64,000 nucleotides of DNA, taken from IMG/VR virus record IMGVR_UViG_3300046820_001014, positions 24,420-88,419 of that record. The stretch is one strand, 5' to 3'. Shown one piece after another: positions 48,076-56,044 of the stretch; within the stretch, counting starts at the first letter, position 1; each line of letters begins with the position of its first letter. Below the pieces are notes generated by a model. It searched no databases and was not told where the DNA came from. It saw nothing but the letters and a program-made list of their open reading frames with translations. The DNA is from a virus. The position numbers were made by a program, and so were the translations under genes.

Positions 48076-48675
48076 TTATTTTTTGCTAGCAAGATATCTT
48101 TCTTTTCTAGCAGAATTTTTATTTTTAGATTTATATGTATCTAACTGAGAATCACAATTGTGACATATTAATCTTAAGTTGCTTCTTAAATTATTTGCAG
48201 CATTACCATCAATATGATCTAACACAAAAATCATTTCTTTGTTATTCCATATATTTTCAATATTACAAATAGCACATTTATAATCTTGTTCTTGTAATAT
48301 TTTAGGTTTAAATGTTTTAGGAGAATAATTTGCTCTTTGATAAAAATTGTCTCCTTCTAAAAATTTTTTATATTTTTCATCACTTTGGTATTTTTGATGA
48401 CATTTAATAGAACAAAAAATATGAGTAGATCCAGAATATTTTATAAATTCTTGATTACAACATTTACATGTTGCTGTTTCTCTTTGAATTCTATAAGTAC
48501 CTTTATTAAAAGTTTCTTTTTCACTTATTTTTCTTCTTTCAGGTAATTCTATACCAAACCTTCTAGCTTTTTTCCTAATTGCGGAACCAGAAACATTATA
48601 TAATTCTCCTATTTTATCATAAGTTAATTTATCAATAAATATTAATTTTTCAAGTTCTTCTTTTACATATTTCAT
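48076..48675 (-). mobile_element. Free-standing HNH endonuclease gene inside the tRNA cluster
   Basis: N-terminal HTH, CKCC...FCSIKC, and CAIC...LDHIDGNAANNLRSNLRLICHNCD. Confidence 0.88.
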
Positions 48676-48730
48676 AACTATACTTTATATAGTTATACGT
48701 AATTCGAACTAAAATCTTATATTTATTTAG

Positions 48731-48805
48731 TACCCCAGGTAGGGTTCGAACCTACATCATCCAATTATACGCTAACAGTTTAGAAGACTGTGCTAATACT
48801 GGGGC
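48731..48805 (-). tRNA. Atypical tRNA-Arg(UCU) lacking a D-arm
   Basis: Acceptor GCCCCAG/CTGGGGT, anticodon arm ACAGT-CTTCTAA-ACTGT, T arm GTAGG-TTCGAAC-CCTAC. Only 7 nt occupy the D-arm position; the variable region is 19 nt. Confidence 0.7.
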
Positions 48806-49029
48806 TTAAAAGAAATAATCTGTATTTTTAAAGAATACTGATTAGTATAAACTTAATTTGTTAATGCAACTCAACTATAGATAGTATTAATTCTTCAATA
48901 TTTTCTATAGTTTTATTAAGGACTTTTAAATCCCATCTCCACAAAACCTTTAGTAATGAAAGTATTACAATTGGTAAACAATACACATATATAAGTATTG
49001 CTACTATGAATTTAAATACCTCCTTCATA

Positions 49030-49380
49030 CTAATTATGTTTATTAACTCTCAATCTTTCTGCTTCTAACATCTCCTCTAGAGCTTGTTCTACAACCTCTA
49101 CTGGAAACTTCTTGATAGCATTAACAATAGCATCATTAATAGTATCTTGTTGAGTAAGAATACCCCTACTAACAAGTACTTCGTTGCAAACTTGCAACTT
49201 TTCTTGGAAAAGAGCAACTGATGCTCTCTTCTCATCAAGTCTTTTTTGTATCTCAGGTAAAATAATACCTGTCAACTTTTTGGTTGGCATTGTGGAAATA
49301 AGTTCCATTGAGCCATCTTTGTGCTTCCAGAGTTGTTTCTCTGAGAAGTTAACTGTGTGTGAAGAATCTTTGATTTTCAT
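49030..49380 (-). CDS. Hypothetical protein
   Basis: 116-aa ORF. Confidence 0.6.
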   Translation of the reverse strand: MKIKDSSHTVNFSEKQLWKHKDGSMELISTMPTKKLTGIILPEIQKRLDEKRASVALFQEKLQVCNEVLVSRGILTQQDTINDAIVNAIKKFPVEVVEQALEEMLEAERLRVNKHN

Positions 49381-49697
49381 GATACTAGAATTTGAACAGT
49401 TTTAGAAATGTTTGTAAATTTTAAATTATGTAATGGACCTTTCATAAGAAAGGTTGTTTTGTTGCCAAATGTAGAAGAAGTATTAATTCTTCCATTAAAT
49501 TTGACATAGTCTTTTTTAGGATAACTACTGAATGATAACTTAATACCACTTGTAGTAATTCTGAATTTGTAATAACAAACTCCTGATAACCTCTTAAGAG
49601 CATAAGCATTAAAGTATGCTTGAGTTTTAAAAGGTAAGAATGTTAATGTAGATTCATTCTTAACAAATCTACTTGCTCTCCAATGTTCTATTAGCAT
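49377..49697 (-). CDS. Hypothetical protein
   Basis: 106-aa basic ORF. Confidence 0.55.
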   Translation of the reverse strand: MLIEHWRASRFVKNESTLTFLPFKTQAYFNAYALKRLSGVCYYKFRITTSGIKLSFSSYPKKDYVKFNGRINTSSTFGNKTTFLMKGPLHNLKFTNISKTVQILVS

Positions 49698-49711
49698 AAA
49701 AAAGTAAATAA

Positions 49712-49737
49712 ATAGGGAGAGATTTCTCTCTCCCTAT
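49712..49737 (-). terminator. Intrinsic terminator
   Basis: ATAGGGAGAGA/TCTCTCCCTAT stem followed by a T-rich tail on the minus strand. Confidence 0.7.
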
Positions 49738-49744
49738 AATGTTA

Positions 49745-50134
49745 TTATGCTAATACTAATGGATTAGCATTAACTACTGGAGCTTTGCTTGTTGCAGCCA
49801 TATCTCCAAACCCAAAGTCATCAGAAGATGCCCTTGCAGAACCTACTAAATGAGAACATACTAGTAGTACAGTATCTGAACCATCTTTAATGATAGCAGA
49901 AGCTAGGTAAGTATTACCAGCACTCATACCTTTGGTATAGTTTGCCTCATTAATAATACAGCTTCTCTGTACTTTCTGTCCTGAGTTATTTACAAACTCA
50001 AGAGTACCTACTCTGTATAATTTACCAGAAGGAAACTGTCCTACTGTTTCTGGAGAAATATCCAGAAGTTTAGCTTGAAACTGTGCTACATTCTGACCTC
50101 TTTCTGAATCGTAAATAAATTGAAAATTTGCCAT
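49745..50134 (-). CDS. Hypothetical protein, possible OB-fold ssDNA-binding protein
   Basis: Beta-rich, with a DDFGF acidic-aromatic motif near the C-terminus and its own terminator. Confidence 0.45.
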   Translation of the reverse strand: MANFQFIYDSERGQNVAQFQAKLLDISPETVGQFPSGKLYRVGTLEFVNNSGQKVQRSCIINEANYTKGMSAGNTYLASAIIKDGSDTVLLVCSHLVGSARASSDDFGFGDMAATSKAPVVNANPLVLA

Positions 50135-50191
50135 GTTTTTGTTTTAAAAAAGAAATTTGTAAATTGTTAAATAGTAAAAAGAATATTGAAT

Positions 50192-50440
50192 TTAGTTCTC
50201 TAATGCTTGTAACTCATATTGAGCCTCAAGTGCATCAGGATGAGGTAGAATAAATCTATCTACCTTATAACCTCCATATGGTAATGGAGGTTGTATTTCT
50301 TGAAGTATAAAGTAATCTTCATTAGTAAGTTTATTCTTACCTACTCTAAGTACAGTATACTCTCCCTTTTCTTTAGGCCAAGCAGATGTTGGTATATCTG
50401 CTGGCCTACAATTTGCGTCAATACAAATAACTTTCATCAT
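50192..50440 (-). CDS. Hypothetical protein
   Basis: KVICID...YTV...L.EI...Y...RF pattern. Confidence 0.6.
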   Translation of the reverse strand: MMKVICIDANCRPADIPTSAWPKEKGEYTVLRVGKNKLTNEDYFILQEIQPPLPYGGYKVDRFILPHPDALEAQYELQALEN

Positions 50441-50843
50441 TTGATAGATAAATAAGTGTTCTCACTTTGTTTACCAATAATGACTTTTAAAGACATACTA
50501 TCCCACTCTGGAGAGTGTTTTAGTATCTCATTTACTAAACTAAATGAAGTTGTTTTGTTGTTTTTCACTCTGATTTTTTTCATTTTTAGGAACTTTAAAA
50601 TAAACACATATAAACCCAAATACTCCCCATGCTACTATTAATCCTACTGGACCAGCTAGTATATTAAATGGTACAAGTAATAAAGTATTTCTGATATAAG
50701 GAAAATCAATTTCCCTACAATGATCTCTATAATCTTTTCCAAACCTCTTATACCAATAATGTATAGGAGTATAGTATAAACTCATAGCACTTAATATTCC
50801 TACTATTAAGTGTAGAATGATAAAAATTGTTAATAACATAAGT

Positions 50844-51194
50844 TTAAAGTTTACCCCCATTAATATCAATGATACTTGCAAGAGTATTGTAAAGAATAGT
50901 TTCTTTGTTAATAACAAAGGGAGATTCATTTACAAGTTTTTGCACTTTATGTGCAAACAACAATTTGTTTAAGGAAACAATAGCATTACTAACTTCATGC
51001 ACATCTAAAGTAACTAAGTTGAAGTTAATTTTGCTAATGCTATTTATCATACTTGTAGTATGTCTAGTTTTCCAGAACTCATCATTTAAGACTTGATCTA
51101 GAATAATTACACTACTATTAATTCTTACATTAATAGCATAAACAGAAAGACCATTAATGTTAATAGTCTTGTATCCAAAACTTTTGATTCTCAT
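50844..51194 (-). CDS. Hypothetical protein
   Basis: 116-aa ORF in the early region. Confidence 0.5.
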   Translation of the reverse strand: MRIKSFGYKTININGLSVYAINVRINSSVIILDQVLNDEFWKTRHTTSMINSISKINFNLVTLDVHEVSNAIVSLNKLLFAHKVQKLVNESPFVINKETILYNTLASIIDINGGKL

Positions 51195-51340
51195 TTTGTT
51201 TTTTCTTTGTTGTAAATGTCAGTAATCATTTCATCAGTAAGCCACTCCCAGTTTGTAGCTGGATAGTGTCTACGCTGATAGAGCTGTTTAGTGTAAGATC
51301 CTAGACCTTTCCACCATTCTTGTGCTGTTTTTTCTTTCAT
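51191..51340 (-). CDS. Small protein MKEKTAQEWWKGL... (49 aa, not in the ORF track)
   Basis: Translated by hand; ATGA-coupled to the next gene. Confidence 0.6.
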   Translation of the reverse strand: MKEKTAQEWWKGLGSYTKQLYQRRHYPATNWEWLTDEMITDIYNKEKTK

Positions 51341-51568
51341 TTGATTAATGTTAAATGTTAAAAAATAAACAATTAAGTGTGCTACTATGTTTCAAGCTTT
51401 ACACTAGCTATCCTTCTTAATTGTTATACTTATCTCAGTACTTCTTCATCTCTCCACAATTGTTAGGAATGGATGTTCTAACCTGAGATGCATTAGAAAG
51501 AAGATCTTAATCTCTAAGTTTACACAGAGTGCATAAACCTAGAAAGCATGTGAAGATAATGAATGTTG

Positions 51569-51727
51569 TCATCTTCTAATTGAGTTTACATAGTTTCCCA
51601 TTGTTTTACCACATCTGTGACCTTTACTACTTCCTCTTTTATTAGGATTCTTCTGAGCCACATAACCTTGTGATGCACAACTACTAGCAATGACTGCTAG
51701 TAGTGTACAAATTAGTAACATCCTCAT
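51569..51727 (-). CDS. Small lipoprotein MRMLLICTLLAVIASSC... (52 aa, not in the ORF track)
   Basis: Translated by hand; signal peptide with lipobox ASSC. Confidence 0.6.
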   Translation of the reverse strand: MRMLLICTLLAVIASSCASQGYVAQKNPNKRGSSKGHRCGKTMGNYVNSIRR

Positions 51728-52480
51728 ATTAAAGATAGTTTGTATGAGACTCTACATCCCAATAATCACCTTCAGTTAATTCCAGTTCAGCTTCTTTGAA
51801 CTTGTTAGTAATACTACAGTCATTCTTAACTGTAATAGGAACATTTCTCAATTGAGCTTCATAGTAATCTATGATTTGAGATACAGAAGCTCTTGGTATA
51901 ATACCACCATCAGTAGGTTAGTAAACCTACTGATGGTAGTTTGTTTTGCATTACTACTCATTTTGCAAGTATTAAAAGTTTAAGAGTGACCATGAAGAGT
52001 GCAAGAATAAATCCTATGATGCAAATAGCATCATAAAAAAAGTTTAATTTCTTATGTTGTTTTAGAAAGTTTTCCATTTGTTTTTGTTTGTTAAATGTGA
52101 ATTAAGAATATCTCTTGTGTTAGTTGTAAGCCTTGATTAATATTAAGGTATATTCACTTACAACTATTACACAAGAAATAATTTGCCCATCTGCACTCAG
52201 TTGTAATAGAAAACATGGATAATACGGAAGATAATTCATTCCATTATTATTTAGTATTTTACATCTATTACAACTGCTCACCCTTTGGAAGTGAGTTGTG
52301 GTGCATTAACAAAAAGGAATACAAGTATTGCTACTTGTATTCCTGTAATTTATCCTACAAACTTAACTCTACAGGAATAGAATCCCATAGAGTAAGATAA
52401 TGAATAAATTCTGTGCTTACTTGTCATAATCTGTGAAAATCTTTTCCACTGAGAATGAGATAAAGTTAAACTATGCATAA

Positions 52481-52723
52481 TTACTTTACAATTACATACA
52501 TTGAGTTGTTATGTAATAATGTATCATTAACTTGATACATTGTATCTACCTCTATAATAGAGGTAATCCTGCTGACAATAATTCTGTCTCCAACTCTTGC
52601 CATAAGATTGGCTTTAACTCTCTTAAGAGAACTTTTGTTAATAACAGAACTAGTATTTCTCTTGTGTTCTACACAAGAAGATAGTGCAGCTATTGCTGCA
52701 ATAAGAACTAATATTTTTTTCAT
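52481..52723 (-). CDS. Small lipoprotein (MKKILVLIAAIAALSSC)
   Basis: Lipobox LSSC. Confidence 0.65.
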   Translation of the reverse strand: MKKILVLIAAIAALSSCVEHKRNTSSVINKSSLKRVKANLMARVGDRIIVSRITSIIEVDTMYQVNDTLLHNNSMYVIVK

Positions 52724-53001
52724 TTTGTTTAATTGTTTTTGTGAATAAAAGAAAGGGAATTTCACCCTTTAGTGATTTGATTACAATTAAGTTTACACTG
52801 TTACAGTACTCACAACTCTAGCAGTTTGTATTTTGAGAGTTCAATAGGTAGACTTTTTGTTTTCCATAACCAATTGCAATTGGTATGTAATCAAAGAAAA
52901 TTTATTCTCAGAGTTAATAGCCATAGTAACCTAAACTTGTATGTAATAATACAGTTGATGATTACTTTGCTTCCAGAGAATAAATAAGAGAAAAGGGAAT
53001 T

Positions 53002-53301
53002 TTACCCTTTAGATTCTAAATACTTATTAATCTGTTTAACAACAGAACCTTTTAAAGTTCCATCTCTATTAATTACTGCTGTAGTAAGAATAGAAGAATG
53101 TAATTTAGTAAAGTCTGTATCAGAATTAATAACAGCTATACAATTTTCTTTTGTAGCTGTACCAATAAAGAATAGAATTCCCCATCTTTTAGATTCAGGA
53201 TTAGTTTCATGAATTATTAAAGAAGGATCTTCAGTTGTTACAGGAATAATACAACCATCAAAATGTTTACCTGTATATAAAATTTCTTGTGCAATCATCA
53301 T
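53002..53301 (-). CDS. Hypothetical early protein
   Basis: ORF starting MMIAQEILY. Confidence 0.5.
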   Translation of the reverse strand: MMIAQEILYTGKHFDGCIIPVTTEDPSLIIHETNPESKRWGILFFIGTATKENCIAVINSDTDFTKLHSSILTTAVINRDGTLKGSVVKQINKYLESKG

Positions 53302-53505
53302 TGGAATTGTGAATAAAGAATAAAACAAACTTTGGCTATAATTATTGATTGAAACAACAGCTAAGGAATAGCCTTAACTTAGATGTTGAGTGATATATGA
53401 TTAGAGTGATTATCAACCACTTACACAATCAGAGAGTGTACTTTCTTCCACTAATCTTAAAAAAGAATTAGTTAGAGAGTGCAACATCTTCCACCATTTA
53501 AAAAA

Positions 53506-53535
53506 AGGTTGGAGTCCCGAAGGACTCCTAACCAA
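53506..53535 (-). terminator. Intrinsic terminator
   Basis: GGTTAGGAGTCC-TTCG-GGACTCCAACC followed by TTTTTTT on the minus strand. Confidence 0.8.
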
Positions 53536-53835
53536 CTATCCCCAAAGGTCAGCAACTGACAGACGAAGGGAACCTCCCTTCCTGCCAATCTTGATCCTCT
53601 CTTCACCGTCAACAGCATATATGCTGATGATGTGGTTTTCCAGGAATTCTCTGTTTACCACAGTTTCAGGTGTTAACAATGCTGCAGCACCTACTGAGAA
53701 GTAGATGTTGGTGGCAATGTTATCCCCATTCATAAATGTGATAAATGCATATGTATTAGCATTCCTTCTAATTTGAGGAATGATAGATACAAATGAAAAT
53801 TCAGACATAAATTCCTGACAAGATAAAGTTCTCAT
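53536..53835 (-). CDS. Hypothetical early protein (start MRTLSCQEF)
   Basis: Flanked by a terminator; higher GC than the rest of the genome. Confidence 0.6.
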   Translation of the reverse strand: MRTLSCQEFMSEFSFVSIIPQIRRNANTYAFITFMNGDNIATNIYFSVGAAALLTPETVVNREFLENHIISIYAVDGEERIKIGRKGGSLRLSVADLWG

Positions 53836-54359
53836 ATTGGTAATTGTGTTTAATGACAGGAACCCCCTGCCGGCAAAGCTATGAGATAGGGGGACTGTTG
53901 ATTGGAATATCCAAACACCATACACTTGAAAATAAAAAAATTATAAAAAATTATAAAAAAATACCTCTTGAGTATGACTTAAGAGGTATCTATGATTAAA
54001 AAAGCAAAAACATGAAAATCTCCTATTGCTAGGATTATTTATGCAGTACAAAGATATAAAATATACTTTACAAAAAATTATAAAATTAAAATTTGTAAGT
54101 TATACTTTATAAAAAGAAAAACCCTAGCTTAACTAGGGTATCTTGCTCTGTATGTTACAGAGTCAATCTTAATTCTTAAGAATAGGAATATGCTTAATAC
54201 TTAAATTTATAATTAAGTTATTTAATTAATTATACGAGGAATTCTTGACATTAGTTCTACTTTTTAAGAAATATTTTTCACTCATAATCTTCTCTATTAC
54301 TTACCTTACTGTAACCTAGAGCTTTATACTTCTCTTCCTTGATTAAGTTTTTTATTTCT

Positions 54360-54584
54360 TTATGCTCCAATTCTTTCTTGATCTTCTTGGAGAGCTTCTT
54401 GTCCTCCTTCCAAGGTCTGTTCTTGTTTCCCATAATTGTCTAATAATGCCTTAATTTTTTGCATAGTTTGTTGTGTTCCCTCTTCTCCTTTAATACTATC
54501 TAAGAAGTCTTTATTCTTCTTAAGAAATAGTTTATACTCCTTCTCTCTTTCTTTTTCTAATTTTCTTCTGTATTGTCTATTCAT
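54360..54584 (-). CDS. Hypothetical protein
   Basis: Starts MNRQYRR; first gene of the leftward block. Confidence 0.65.
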   Translation of the reverse strand: MNRQYRRKLEKEREKEYKLFLKKNKDFLDSIKGEEGTQQTMQKIKALLDNYGKQEQTLEGGQEALQEDQERIGA

Positions 54585-54597
54585 AAATTTTATTCTC

Positions 54598-54615
54598 TTA
54601 TATTTGCAAATATAA
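54598..54615. promoter_or_regulatory. Palindromic bidirectional promoter TTATATTTGCAAATATAA
   Basis: Perfect 18-bp palindrome carrying TAnnTTTG on both strands, between divergent genes. Confidence 0.65.
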
Positions 54616-54628
54616 ATTGTACTTAAAT

Positions 54629-55027
54629 ATGAAACAAATAAAATTAAAGTTATTAGTATTTGAAGATTCTCTTAAAGATTCTAAAGGCAAAGCTATTACA
54701 CATGATATTGCTGATATGTTAAGAGAAGCTGGAGAAGATGTTATTGAGGGTGAAAGCTTATCTTATAAGGATATAATCTTTGCTTTTAATACCTTACCTC
54801 CTTTTATTCTTATAGGAGATCAGACATCTCCTCTTATTTCTCATAAGTTTACTATTATGCAAGGCTTAACTGAGGATATTATGTTTAACTTCTTAGAAAC
54901 TCCTGAGGAGATAATGCTTCTTATTAATGATGCTGAAGATAAACAACTTAGTAAAGAACTTAACTCCCTTCAATTAGAAATCCCCTTTAGTAATGGAAAA
55001 ACAGAGATTAATAGCAGTGAAGGGTGA
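54629..55027 (+). CDS. Hypothetical protein
   Basis: First gene of the rightward packaging block. Confidence 0.6.
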   Translation: MKQIKLKLLVFEDSLKDSKGKAITHDIADMLREAGEDVIEGESLSYKDIIFAFNTLPPFILIGDQTSPLISHKFTIMQGLTEDIMFNFLETPEEIMLLINDAEDKQLSKELNSLQLEIPFSNGKTEINSSEG

Positions 55028-55331
55028 TACCTATCACAACTATATGAAGGTTATGTCTCTTAATTTTAACCTTACTGAGACAGAGATAAAGGTAGCTGCT
55101 GAGTTATTAAGGGAGTATGAGGGTTTTCTTATTCAAAGTACACCTGAGATTGCATGGGAACTACTTAACTCTCCTAAGACTAATAAGAGAATTAAGGATA
55201 AACTCTTCTTAAAAGATGCTTCTTATAATAATATCAAGACTTCTTTAAAAAAGAAAGGACTCCTTACTACCTCAGGCTTTAAGAATGGTATTTACTTAGC
55301 AGATATTAAATTTATCTTTAGTGAAGCTTAA
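54993..55331 (+). CDS. Putative winged-helix DNA-binding protein
   Basis: LTETEIKV...SYNNIKTSLKKKGLL pattern. Confidence 0.45.
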   Translation: MEKQRLIAVKGDTYHNYMKVMSLNFNLTETEIKVAAELLREYEGFLIQSTPEIAWELLNSPKTNKRIKDKLFLKDASYNNIKTSLKKKGLLTTSGFKNGIYLADIKFIFSEA

Positions 55332-55548
55332 CCTTATTATTAAGGAAGTTGCTGATAATCTACAACTTCCGTACAAGGATGTTAATACTGTAATTAAGTT
55401 TGTTTTTTTAGCTACCTCTAAACAAATGAGGGATAAAAGTCCTAAGATAACTGTAAGATATCTTGGTACTTTTATTAGAAAACTCTCTAAAAGAGATACT
55501 TACAAGAAATATTTACAACTAAAAGATGAAATTAATAGAGATAAATAG
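55321..55548 (+). CDS. HU/IHF-like DNA-binding protein
   Basis: IIKEVAD.L.L...DV..VI...ITVRYLGTF; upstream of TerL, as in crAss-like phages. Confidence 0.7.
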   Translation: MKLNLIIKEVADNLQLPYKDVNTVIKFVFLATSKQMRDKSPKITVRYLGTFIRKLSKRDTYKKYLQLKDEINRDK

Positions 55549-56044
55549 TGCTACTGTAACACTTCATGAGGCTTGCCTCTTAGTTCCAGAGTTTAAAGCA
55601 TTGTATGAGAAAAATAAGAAGGATAATGGTATACAAGCCTTTAAGTATGTATATCTTTTTGCTGATTATAACTCTCCTTATAGAGCTTATGATGAGGAAC
55701 AAAAGATAGCAGCCTTAAATAAGGATTTAGGTGTAACCTTAACTCAAGAACTTAAGAATGCTATTGAGAAATATAAAGATTTGAATTACACATTTAACAT
55801 GAGGTATCTACAAGATGCTATTCATGCTGCCAATCAAACTAGAGCTTACTTTAGAAATGTAGATTATACACTCTTAGATGCTAAAGGTAACCCTGTTTAT
55901 AGAGTTAAGGAGGTTACTGATGCACTTAAGAACACCCTTCAAGTAATTACTACATTAGAGGGCTTAAAAGAGAAAGTAGAATCTGAGAATGTAGCACAAA
56001 ATAAGGTTAGAGCAGGAGCTAAAATTAATAAATGGGAACAATAA
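55526..56044 (+). CDS. Conserved packaging-region protein (small terminase candidate)
   Basis: YVYLFADYNSPY and C-terminal KVRAG; directly upstream of TerL. Confidence 0.55.
   Translation: MKLIEINSATVTLHEACLLVPEFKALYEKNKKDNGIQAFKYVYLFADYNSPYRAYDEEQKIAALNKDLGVTLTQELKNAIEKYKDLNYTFNMRYLQDAIHAANQTRAYFRNVDYTLLDAKGNPVYRVKEVTDALKNTLQVITTLEGLKEKVESENVAQNKVRAGAKINKWEQ

Noticed and set aside
48771-48792. Reading the tRNA as an amber suppressor (CUA), implying TAG recoding as in some crAss-like phages
   Set aside because: The stem pairs only with the loop CTTCTAA (anticodon TCT). Conserved genes (TerL, portal, PolA, NrdA) are intact under the standard code, and genes end in TAG, TGA and TAA.
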